From: a virus
Lineage: Duplodnaviria > Caudoviricetes
Virus record (IMG/VR): IMGVR_UViG_3300026258_000007
Coordinates: 1-47,499 of that record
DNA length: 47,499 bases
Strand: one strand, 5' to 3'
This document shows positions 35,201 to 44,800 of this stretch, one piece after another (within the stretch, counting starts at the first letter, position 1; every line of letters starts with the position of its first letter). The notes beneath the pieces were generated by a model that saw only the letters and a program-made list of their open reading frames with translations, searched no databases and had not been told where the DNA came from. Both the position numbers and the translations under genes were made by a program.

Positions 35201-38200
35201 GCCTTTACTGCTGCTGCTCCTAATCCTAAAGCGGTTCTTGCACCGGATGCACTAGTCGCTCCTGTTCCTCCACTTGCTATTGCTAGTGTTGCAGATAGAC
35301 TACCTGCACTTCCTGTTGTGTTTTGGTTTAGTGTTGGTATTCTAGCAGCATCAAATACTCCATCGTTTATCTTACTAGCATTGAGATTTGGTATGTCTCC
35401 GGCAGATAAACCACTTGCTAGTATGTTTATCTCTGCTAATGATGCAGTTATTCCTAAGTTGTCTAATGCGTTTCCTTTTTGTGTAGAAGTTAATCCTTGA
35501 CTATTTGTATCAACTCTCAATCTGTTACCTAATGCAGTTGCAGTTGTAGTTGAGAAACTAGCATCATCTCCTAATGCTGCCGCTAATTCATTTAAGGTAT
35601 CTAAAGCAGAAGGTGCAGAATCAACTAAGTTTGATACTTGTGTGGCAACATAGGCTTTGATTGACTGTTGACTTGCTGCTGCCGTTGCACTATCTGAAGC
35701 AAAATCATCTTCATCAAGAAGACTTAGTTGTGTTGATACAAAGTTCAGTTTTCCATTAGTATCATCATAAGTGACTGCAATATTTGTTTCAGTGTTACTA
35801 CTTACCATTCCTCCTACAATGTCTTGCACCTGTTCATTAGATAACTGAGTGTTAGTATTTGTTGCTGCTATTGTTAGAGTTCCTGCTGCGTCGTCATATG
35901 TTTTTGTTATATTACTACCCTCAGTAATCATTGCAGCGATAAAATCCTCTACTTGTTCTTCTGTTGTGTAACTTGGTGTAGCCCAAACTGCTGTTCCGCT
36001 TGAACTGTATTTCAAGAATTGACCTGCACTTCCTCCGCTTGGAATGTGATTGTTACCTGCTCCTGTTGGATGAACGTAGTTATTCCAATTAGCATCATTA
36101 TTGAAGTAAGAGAGTTTTATTTCAGATGCAGCCTTTCTAGATTCAGTAGTTCCATCTTGTATAATAAACTCAGTAGTTCCTGCAATATCATCTGTTTTAT
36201 CTGTTAGTTCAGAGAAGTCTAAGTTTAGTGTTGCATCACCAGTAGTTGCTCCTCCACTCAAACCTACTCCGGCATAAACAGCAGTAATATCCCCATCACC
36301 ACTACCTGTTCCATACCCGTATGATAGAATCTTATCTTCAATAGCAGCAGAAGTCATCAAACTTGTATCATTGTTATTGAAAGATTCTGAACTTGTTTGT
36401 AGAGCCGAACCTGCTAATTGTGCAACACCTAATCCTGATACACTTATTGTAGCAGTATAATCTCCTGATGTTGTATTGCTTTGAGATACTGTTATTGCAT
36501 CCCCTGCTGTAATATCAACACCAGTCATATCACCTGAACCTGCTCCTGCAAACTGAGCATCCACATATGTTTTGATAGCCTTAGCAGAAGCAAGAGTATC
36601 ATCATTGGAACTAACACTGCTAATATCTGTATCAAGAGAAGCAATATCAGATAAGTCTGCAACTGCTAATGATACGTTACTGTTCAATAGTGAAGCAATA
36701 GAAGTTAATCCTGTTCCACCTCTTGATACTGCAAGAGTTCCTGTTAAGTTGTTTAATGGTAATGCTATATCTGCTGACCCATCAAAAGATACACCTGCTA
36801 TTGTTCGTGCAGTAGCCAATGTTGTTGCAGTAGTTGCATTACCAACTAAACCACCTTCAAAGGAAGAAGCAACTAATGTTCCTAATGTAAAACCGCTTGT
36901 TGTATTTACTGTGCTTGTAGGCTCTGCATTTGAGTTACCTGTTGATGAGAACAACTTCCATTTATCACTATCAGAAGCATCTCTAAACAAACCACTGTAT
37001 CTAATATTACTTCCATCATTATACTTACCATAGAAACCTAAATCAACAGTATCAGCATCATTGTTCTTTCCAAGAGAAATCAACGGGTCTTCTACTGTTA
37101 GAGTTGAAGTATTTACAGTTACAGTGTCTCCGCTAACAATCAAATCAGCACCAACAGTAAGAGAACCGCTAACTGTTAGAGTATCATCAGATTGATTACC
37201 AATAGTAAAATCTCCACCAAAATCAGAGTTCAAAGCAGTTTTTAGATTCGGTACAGACACATCATCGTTTGCCGTTCCTGCAATTGATAATTGTCCTGCA
37301 CCGTCATTGTATTGTACAGTTATATTACTACCTGCTGTAATTAATCCTCCAACATAATCTTCAACTTGTTCTTGGCTAATTTGTGTATTTGTATCGGCAG
37401 CGTTTATTGTTAAAGTATCTGAACCTGCCGTAGTAGTTATAGTTACATTAGTACCACCAACAAAGGTTAGAGTATCGTTATTAGAATCAGCAACAATATT
37501 ATCTTGTCCACTAACTGCTATTGTTTTGAATATATTTTGTGAAGAACCTAAATCTGTATTTGTAATAGTTACAGCACCAGTAGCACCACTTACACCAATT
37601 CCTGTTCCTGCGACATTAGAAGTAACCCCAGTATTAGTGAGGGTAATGTCAAATGGGTCACTTGATGCACCACTGTTAGTATCAGTCCATGTAGCAGTTA
37701 TTCCTGTTCCTTGTGTAAACTGAACATGTTTACCATCTGTAACATTAACAGTAGTTCCAACTCCATCTTTAATATTGAAGGAAGTAAAAGAGCCACCTGC
37801 ATTAGCATCTACATATGTCTTAATTGCTTTAGCAGATGCTAAACTATCATGTGATGCACTAACGCTACTCAAATCTGTATCGAAGGCATTAATGTCTGAA
37901 AGACCAGTTACCGCTAAAGATGTTAGGTAAGTGTTAGTGTCAACAGTGTAACTACCTGCTCCTGTTCTTTTCATGAAACCATTACTAGAAAAGTCTCCAT
38001 CCATTACTGCCCCTGCCGCAGCCACATTAGTTGCATCTGTTACATCTGCTGACGCTTCAATACCTGAGAGTTTAGTTCTCTCTGCTGAACTAATTACTGT
38101 TCCACTACCAAAACTAGACAAGCCATCTATCTTATCTACTGTAACTGAACCGTCATTTAACTTAGCGGTAGTTACTGAAGACCCTGCTAATTTATCAGCC

Positions 38201-41200
38201 GTTACAGCACTGTTTGCTATCTTAGCAGTAGTTACAGCACTAGCATTAATCTTACTCGTTAAAACAGCATTAGAAGCAATCTTTGCACTAGAAACAGAAG
38301 TTGATGCTAACATGCCGTTAGTTACTGTTCCTGTATCTGCTGAAGTAATTAGAGTACCTGTTATATCAGGAAGAGTAATTGTTCTATCATCAGTAGGGTC
38401 TGTAATAGTTAGTGTAGTTTCATGAGAATCTGCTGTTGCTCCTTCGAACACAAATGCATTTTGAACATTAACTTGAGTTTGGTTTACAGTTGTCGTTGTT
38501 CCCAAGACGTTTAGATTACCCCGAATGTTTACAGTAGTATCATTATCTGTATCTCCTATATTCAATGTATCAGTACTATCATAAGAAGCAAGAATAGGAG
38601 TCAACGTTGATTTACTTAATGTGCTACCTGTATTAGTAAGAGTAAGAGTATCACTACCTGCATTTCTTGAGATACTAAGACCTGCTCCCATTGCTAAATG
38701 GAATACACTACCTGAACCACTAGTGTTATCTCTTAGTCTAATTGTTTTAACGGCAGGGTCGTTATCACCATTACCGTCTAATCCATCTTCTGTTATTAGA
38801 GAATATGTTGTATCAACAGTGGCTTTTCCATCAACATATGTTTTTACCGCTAATGTACTAGGTATTCCACTACCTGAAGCACCACTAGTTATGCTTGAAT
38901 CAAAAGAACTTACGTCTGTTAATCCTGCTAATGCAAGCGAACTAAGTTTAGAGTCTAATTGAGTTTGTATAGATGAAGTGACTCCATCCAAGTATCCTAT
39001 CTCAGTAGAACTTACGTTTGTTACTCCATCTAATATGTTAATTTCAGATGCAGAAGCAGTAATACTCAAATCACCAAGATTTTCAACTTTAGTGTTTAAA
39101 GCGGTTACTAACCCTGTTACTTTACTTTGTGCTATATCATCTAACTTAGAGTTAGCAATGCTACCTGCGAGATGAGCATTAGTTACAGAACCACTTGTAA
39201 GAGAGAAATTATTTGCATTAGCAGCAACACCAACTAATTTGTCATGTAATGCCGTTGTAAAGTTCTTCTGTGTCAAGCCACCATCACCAACAGAATACGT
39301 TGTGTTTACATAATTAGAAGCATGAATAGTTCCTGCTCCATTAGCAGTCCAATCAATTATTTGGTTTCCACTTGGTATTGTGGGTTTATTCAATATTTGA
39401 GAATCACCACTTCCTGAGTTCCAATCTGCATTAACATTTACTTCTGCTCCTGCTTCAATACCTGCAAGTTTTGTTTCTAACGCACTTGTAAACAACTTGT
39501 TACTTGTTCCTGCTGCTATTTTATCTGCACTTATTGCAGCCGAATTACTAATATCTGCATTTACTATTTGAGTACCAACTGCTCTATATGAACCATCTAG
39601 ATTAGGAATATCATTAGCAGTTAGTTTAGCAAATATATTCGCTAGATTTACTTTCCTTAAACCAACGGAGTTATCATGGAAAGCAACGAAATCAGCAGTT
39701 CTGTCTATTCCGTTTTCATTAGTTAATCCTGTTATGTCTAATTTTAGTGTTGCACCAGTTCTATCAAGACCATCACTAATTGTAAGAGAAGGTTCTTTAC
39801 CACTAAGAGCCGATACTAACCCACTAATTTTACTTTGAGCAATTTCAGCATTAGAATCTACTTTAGCATTAGTGATTGCGTTACTGGCAATCTTTGCACT
39901 TGTCACTGAACTATCTGCTATTTTTGCGGTAGTAACTGCATTGTTTGTAATAGTAGTAGCACCGTCTGCGTTAGATGTTACATCTCCACTATGATTAGGA
40001 TGAACATATGTATTAGCATTAGCCGTTCCTGTATATCCTAAATCTGCTAGAGTTAATGTTCTTGTTCCCATTGCTGTTATGTGTCCAGTATTATTTGTTG
40101 TTATACTATCTACTATTACTGCTCCACTAGTGTTTATGTTAGTTGTAGAGTAAGTAGGATGAACATATGGGTTAGCCAGTTCAGATGTAATTGGTATGTT
40201 AAAGTAATTGCTACCATCATTAGTAAAAGTCCATCTATTAGAAGTCTCATTCCATTTTAACTGTACATTAGAATAGTTACCTCTTTCTACTTCTATCCCT
40301 GCATCAGTTGTAGAATTGCCTGTTTGATTTTTATTTAGTAAAATTGTATTATCTTCTATTGCTAAATTAGTTACATCTAAAGTTGTAGTACTACCACTTA
40401 CTGTTAAATCACCTGTAACTGTTAGATTACCACCTGTTGTTATAGCAACACCATTACCAATAGTAGTAGCCGTGTTTATCTGAGCAAGTCTTGTTTCGAG
40501 ATTATCAACGCTTACATCGTCATTTGCAGTTGTTACAACTAAGTCAATAGTTCCATCATCGTCTACATATGTTGCACTAATCCCTGTCTCTGTATTACTA
40601 CTGAACATAGCACCGACAATATCCTGAACTTGTTCAGTTGAAAGTTGAGTATTGTCATTTGTAGCGGATAAAACACCACTACCATTTATAGTTAAATTAG
40701 TACCTACTTTAATTCCACCAAGAGTATTAGCAGCAGCAGTTGGTAATGTGAAAGCGTTTGCACTTGCTTCAATGTTAGTTAGTTTAGTTTTTTCCGCATC
40801 TGTAAAAACATTTGAATTAGTAGCATCACTAACATGTTGTCTAACTGATGCATCAGTTGGTAGTTGTGATGTAAGTGCTAATGTCCCTGTTGATGAAGGG
40901 AATGTAATTGTTCCTCCTCCCTTAGTTACAGTTCCTTCTTTATTTATTTTCAGAGTTTCAGTATTGTTATCTATTATACTAAGTCCTTGATTTGTTTGTT
41001 CATATCCTAAGAACTGAACCTTTCTGTCAACAGCATTGGCAGCACTACCTGCGGCAATTTCTACAACTGCAATAGGAATATCATCAGCAACTAAATCAGC
41101 AACTTTGTTTGCAGTAGTATGATTTCTTATTGCTAGAGAATTATTTGCTGCAACAACTAGTACAGCATATGTAGTATTACTAGAACTGTTCATAGTTACT

Positions 41201-41466
41201 GTTTGACTAACACTAGCATTATCTGCAACTTGAGTTAATATACCATCTCTAAGAATAAAATTATTACTTCCTAATGTGTATGAAGTATAAGTTCCTGAGT
41301 TTCCTAGAGTTATATCGAATCCTCTAACTACTCTATTACCACCACTAGCAATGTTGAGAGTATCAATGATTGCACTATGTATATTATCAGTACCATCTAT
41401 AATTCTTGAAGAAGGACTAGTACTCAATGTACTGATGAAATTAGGGTTAGTTCTACCACTCATCAA
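32236..41466 (-). CDS. giant modular tail fibre/adhesin (3,076 aa)
   Basis: 9.2-kb ORF; repeats EQVxDxVG, LASAKAIKTYVD, LTVTGDL, VTTAKIAD; LDTLNELAAALGDD fibre motif. Confidence 0.85.
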   Translation of the reverse strand: MMSGRTNPNFISTLSTSPSSRIIDGTDNIHSAIIDTLNIASGGNRVVRGFDITLGNSGTYTSYTLGSNNFILRDGILTQVADNASVSQTVTMNSSSNTTYAVLVVAANNSLAIRNHTTANKVADLVADDIPIAVVEIAAGSAANAVDRKVQFLGYEQTNQGLSIIDNNTETLKINKEGTVTKGGGTITFPSSTGTLALTSQLPTDASVRQHVSDATNSNVFTDAEKTKLTNIEASANAFTLPTAAANTLGGIKVGTNLTINGSGVLSATNDNTQLSTEQVQDIVGAMFSSNTETGISATYVDDDGTIDLVVTTANDDVSVDNLETRLAQINTATTIGNGVAITTGGNLTVTGDLTVSGSTTTLDVTNLAIEDNTILLNKNQTGNSTTDAGIEVERGNYSNVQLKWNETSNRWTFTNDGSNYFNIPITSELANPYVHPTYSTTNINTSGAVIVDSITTNNTGHITAMGTRTLTLADLGYTGTANANTYVHPNHSGDVTSNADGATTITNNAVTTAKIADSSVTSAKIASNAITNAKVDSNAEIAQSKISGLVSALSGKEPSLTISDGLDRTGATLKLDITGLTNENGIDRTADFVAFHDNSVGLRKVNLANIFAKLTANDIPNLDGSYRAVGTQIVNADISNSAAISADKIAAGTSNKLFTSALETKLAGIEAGAEVNVNADWNSGSGDSQILNKPTIPSGNQIIDWTANGAGTIHASNYVNTTYSVGDGGLTQKNFTTALHDKLVGVAANANNFSLTSGSVTNAHLAGSIANSKLDDIAQSKVTGLVTALNTKVENLGDLSITASASEINILDGVTNVSSTEIGYLDGVTSSIQTQLDSKLSSLALAGLTDVSSFDSSITSGASGSGIPSTLAVKTYVDGKATVDTTYSLITEDGLDGNGDNDPAVKTIRLRDNTSGSGSVFHLAMGAGLSISRNAGSDTLTLTNTGSTLSKSTLTPILASYDSTDTLNIGDTDNDTTVNIRGNLNVLGTTTTVNQTQVNVQNAFVFEGATADSHETTLTITDPTDDRTITLPDITGTLITSADTGTVTNGMLASTSVSSAKIASNAVLTSKINASAVTTAKIANSAVTADKLAGSSVTTAKLNDGSVTVDKIDGLSSFGSGTVISSAERTKLSGIEASADVTDATNVAAAGAVMDGDFSSNGFMKRTGAGSYTVDTNTYLTSLAVTGLSDINAFDTDLSSVSASHDSLASAKAIKTYVDANAGGSFTSFNIKDGVGTTVNVTDGKHVQFTQGTGITATWTDTNSGASSDPFDITLTNTGVTSNVAGTGIGVSGATGAVTITNTDLGSSQNIFKTIAVSGQDNIVADSNNDTLTFVGGTNVTITTTAGSDTLTINAADTNTQISQEQVEDYVGGLITAGSNITVQYNDGAGQLSIAGTANDDVSVPNLKTALNSDFGGDFTIGNQSDDTLTVSGSLTVGADLIVSGDTVTVNTSTLTVEDPLISLGKNNDADTVDLGFYGKYNDGSNIRYSGLFRDASDSDKWKLFSSTGNSNAEPTSTVNTTSGFTLGTLVASSFEGGLVGNATTATTLATARTIAGVSFDGSADIALPLNNLTGTLAVSRGGTGLTSIASLLNSNVSLAVADLSDIASLDTDISSVSSNDDTLASAKAIKTYVDAQFAGAGSGDMTGVDITAGDAITVSQSNTTSGDYTATISVSGLGVAQLAGSALQTSSESFNNNDTSLMTSAAIEDKILSYGYGTGSGDGDITAVYAGVGLSGGATTGDATLNLDFSELTDKTDDIAGTTEFIIQDGTTESRKAASEIKLSYFNNDANWNNYVHPTGAGNNHIPSGGSAGQFLKYSSSGTAVWATPSYTTEEQVEDFIAAMITEGSNITKTYDDAAGTLTIAATNTNTQLSNEQVQDIVGGMVSSNTETNIAVTYDDTNGKLNFVSTQLSLLDEDDFASDSATAAASQQSIKAYVATQVSNLVDSAPSALDTLNELAAALGDDASFSTTTATALGNRLRVDTNSQGLTSTQKGNALDNLGITASLAEINILASGLSAGDIPNLNASKINDGVFDAARIPTLNQNTTGSAGSLSATLAIASGGTGATSASGARTALGLGAAAVKAVASDDSNGIADGESGLVTGNAVYDYIAAQGFGTATGDITAVTFQTDSGSGAKATDTGGSADFILQGSTGIDVTNNLTTMTVALDLAELADGADDVVGSADELIYLDDGNQKRKLISEIKLGQFNNDQNWNNYTHPTHNGDDIDIDTTALTGATVISDLDLNITTDTLGHVTDANATIATRNLTLANLGFTGDADATDDQTAAEITALLNDVASYTLGDNSGTITVGNHLTVTGDLLVSGNTVTLNTATLDVEDLNITVGKGATTSSATNGAGLTFGAWSSGTVPTLTWVHADSRLSVNKTLHSSGGFVGALTGDVTGNVTGSSGSTTGNAATATALAGNANANVVYAGPTTGSASAPAFRALVAADIPDLSGTYSTSDTVDMGDGFIVVGDSNSNATTIVEGETLTIAGGTSISTDTSADGTLTITNDAPHVATNLGKTTATGQITITSSTGNNVVIGEATGSIAGLMSTTHHDKLDNIEAGATADQTAAEITALLDDVASYTLGTAGSGTITIANDLVVTGTTTTNNVETVSTSNGVVFESNATGSHVDKETLLTGVTGLTSDITVTLPSTTGTLALTSSNITGNASTATTATHIAGGALGSIPYQSDSATTALLAGNTTTTKKFLTQTGNGSASAVPSWGTLVAGDIPSLNASKIGSGTLPVNRGGTGTTSSNSWLNSRITTNADGSLNYDATSPTAVNHDSLAGFVAAEHYRWDTDISGTATIHANNIPTLNQNTTGNADTATLATSITVSANNSTDETVYPVFVDGATGTQGAETDTGLSYNPNTGILSSSGFTGDLTGDVTGTARGLTSVSNGSITISPNGTGKTNFRGSNVTRVHSDTGDTTGNAAQQLGITKVTGSSNPLSANVSTGSAFSVPFILPNGTVNSGTSGYRAIKGTIHIDAGLSSDNFVMTQDFIANDRYGNAQFDFISYGVVHEGTSDMPFEVSWNEASGDDMTLSIKNVTGADVTNAIKVYWDLTLFPKA

Positions 41467-41804
41467 GCCATCTCCATTTCAATAGTAAAGGTCAAAGTAT
41501 CAGCCGAAGCCAACACTCCTGTATTTGTGAAGGTGACTCGGCTCAATAGTGTATCGTCTGAAGTCTTGAATATTCCCAATTCTGCTACACCTTCGTTTCC
41601 TATATCAGAACCACTAAACTCAGCAACCCAAGAGATTATTCCACTTGCTCTGTTAACAGAAGGAACAACTGTTTTTTCTGCTACGAAAGAATCTAATTCT
41701 AAATCAGAAAAGGAAGTAGGTGAACCTCCTGTTCCAACTTTTACTTTAGTATATTGTGCTACAATGTAGTCTGCTACATCTAATAATCCGTTTACTGGTA
41801 TCAT
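41463..41804 (-). CDS. small tail/baseplate protein (tail-collar fibre N-terminal-like)
   Basis: VGTGG...D..L...AEF...ELGIF...LLSRVTF; GAGGAG RBS supports start 41804. Confidence 0.65.
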   Translation of the reverse strand: MIPVNGLLDVADYIVAQYTKVKVGTGGSPTSFSDLELDSFVAEKTVVPSVNRASGIISWVAEFSGSDIGNEGVAELGIFKTSDDTLLSRVTFTNTGVLASADTLTFTIEMEMA

Positions 41805-41815
41805 ATTATATCTCC

Positions 41816-44800
41816 TCAATCATAAAATCTATTCTTGTATTCCTTCTTTATCGCACTTATTCCAGTAGAGGTTGTTTCAAAACCAACTGATTCACTGAAA
41901 CCAAATACATCATCGAAACCCATGTTACTATTCAATGTCTCCCCCACTACCTTGTATTCTATGGAAGAAACTCTTAATTTCAAGTTATCGAATAATGAAT
42001 TGCCACTAGTTGCAGCAATAGAGTCTACTGTTAACAAGTGAGATGTATCAGTTCTACTTGCTTCGGTAATTTCTGATAATCTTTCTGCTATACCTTTACT
42101 GTATGTTCCAACAGTCATCGTAAGTATCATACCTAGTACGTTTTCTATTTCAAATATAACATATTCACCATAAGGTATGTTATATGTTGGGAAGTCTAGT
42201 ACTACTATATCACCTGCTTCTAATAACTCAAATCCTTCTTTGTTTATTTGTAGTGTTATCTTTCTTGCTTCTCCACTGTGAAGTCTTAGTTTTTTACTTG
42301 CTTCTATCATGGCCTCTTCTTGTGTTTTAATTGTAGCATCATTTATTGTTAAAGTCTTCATGTTTCTAATTTTATTACTAACCATTGTATGAGATACACC
42401 ATCTCCATTAACAACTACTACACTTATTTTATCAAACAGAGAAGTATTGTTTTTTATTGGTTCTATTCCTGCTAGATGTTCAAACTTAATTTGTTTCATT
42501 TTTAATCCTGTTTTATCATCAGAATCTCTAAAGATTATTTTCTTACCTTTTATTTTATAGTCTAATCCTTTCTTATTAGTCAAGGAATTAATCGCTCCAT
42601 ACAAATCTGTATTATTAAATGTCAAATTAGTAACGAATGTTTTCTTGTTGTATTTTATGATAGCAGAATATTGAGGAGGAGAATAGTATTTTCCACCGGA
42701 AGCGAAGGTTATTGTTTGGTTGTTTATTGATAGTATCTCACCAATTAAGTGTCCTTCTTCAGTATATATTACATCACCATCATCTAAATTAACTACGTTT
42801 TCCAAACAAACAACTGTGTTTGTTCCATTACTGTTTACTATGTTAGTAGTAAATACGGAAGTACTCTTTGTTTCATCATACTCTAATCCTGCACTTTTTA
42901 CTATGTTTGCTAATTCAGTATCAATATTAGAACCAATATCATATGTAGTACCAATATAACATTTCTTTGCATTTTGTAATTTAGGTTTCTTACCAATTGT
43001 TAAGTCAAATACTTCACCACAAGAAACTACCCCATTGCCTGTTAAATCTCCCTCATAAGTTAAAACTAAACATTCTTCAGTAGCATTACTTTGTTTTTTA
43101 TTTCTAGTCAAAGAAACTGTCATTTGTTTTCTTTGTTTATTCACTCCATCTGTAACAAAGACATCTATTACTTCACCCGCATCAAACCCTCTAACTGCAC
43201 TAGCAGTAGTTCTAGATTCAATAAAAGGATTATCTGCAACAATAGCATTATCAACATCTAACTTTAGATACATTGAATATACTGCTTCTTGGAACGTTTT
43301 GTTATTTGTTGTGTCTTTACTATCACCACTTCCTTTCCTAAAATTAGTAGAAACAGTTGCATATTGTAAACCGCTATCATTCATTACATTAAACTCTATT
43401 TTTTCAGGAGTACTTTGGAATGTTGTTTCTGATATTCTCATTAGACGATATTTTATTCCATGTGTAGGTTCACCTGTATCGCCTATCAAAGCACCATCCT
43501 TCAATGTAGTATCTAATGTTATTTGATGTGCTTCGTAATTAGAAGTTGAAGGAGCAGTGCTTATTGTATGGCTAGTTATTTTTCCAATGTAAGCAGGGAC
43601 TCCATGATGAGAAGCCTTACTCAAAGTATCACCATCAACTAACTTTTCAGAAACTAAATAATATCCAGTCAAATCAGGCATGAAACTTAACCAAGTATGT
43701 GTTGAATCGTCATTCAATGTAAATGTAATAGTTTTATTATCATTAGAATACACAACTACCCCAGTATCCCCAGTTAAGTTAAAAGTAGGTTTAACAATAA
43801 ATTGTGAAGAATACATTTTCCCCATATTCTTGTAAGTAGTACTACTTGGAGTATGGTGATTAAATGACCTAGTTGTAACTGTATCTCTACTAAAATTAGC
43901 AACCTTATCAAAAGGATATACTTTTGTTTTACTACCCAATAGAGACACTTTATATGTTGCAGAGGCTACTGTTTCTTCTCCCTCTGAAATCATTGTGTCA
44001 CTAGCACTATATGTACCACGTTCAGTATTAGTAAAATTATAAACTCTAGTTGTAGGAGTATGTTGGTCTTTAGTAGTAGTACTAGAATAATCATTAGAAT
44101 AAGTAGTAAACTCAGCATTAGTATCATGATATTCTTTATTACTTCCACTTTTACCATAAGCAGAAAAGCCCATCGGTGAACTAGTCAAACTTGCTCTAGT
44201 AGGCCAATTAATTTCATTTGCTGCATTAACAGGAGTTGATATGCTTGACTCTCTGACTTCTTTGAAAAGACCAATACAATTGTCATATACATGGGTTCTA
44301 CCAATACCTAATGCTTCTGCATCGGCTTGAGTAATATTAGGAGTATTCAACCCAAACGAATTATCAACCATAGCACTTACAACTCTAGACATATGTAATC
44401 TAACAATGTCCTCATCATCAGTCAAATCACTTGCATCAGTATCATCCCAACCATCTATATTGTGAGCAGGAGAAAATCTCATATCTCTTTTGTTACTACT
44501 AGCAGATTTATTTTCTAACATCAATGGTAGAATTACATTCATAGGGTCATATTGGGTCGAACTAGCAGAAGTTCTCTTTAGTGTTTGATGACTAAATACA
44601 CCTGTATCAACGGGAGGATGTAATAAAAATCCTCTGTGAAAGTTAATATTTCTAAGTCCATTATTCCTATCAACAAGAAACTCATCGTCTGAAGTTGTTT
44701 CTAAGAAATCTAAAGTGTCGTCACTAGATGAAAACAATCTAAACCTTTCAACACCATTTATTCTTACACCATTTATTTCATGTCCATCAAACTTTAGGAT

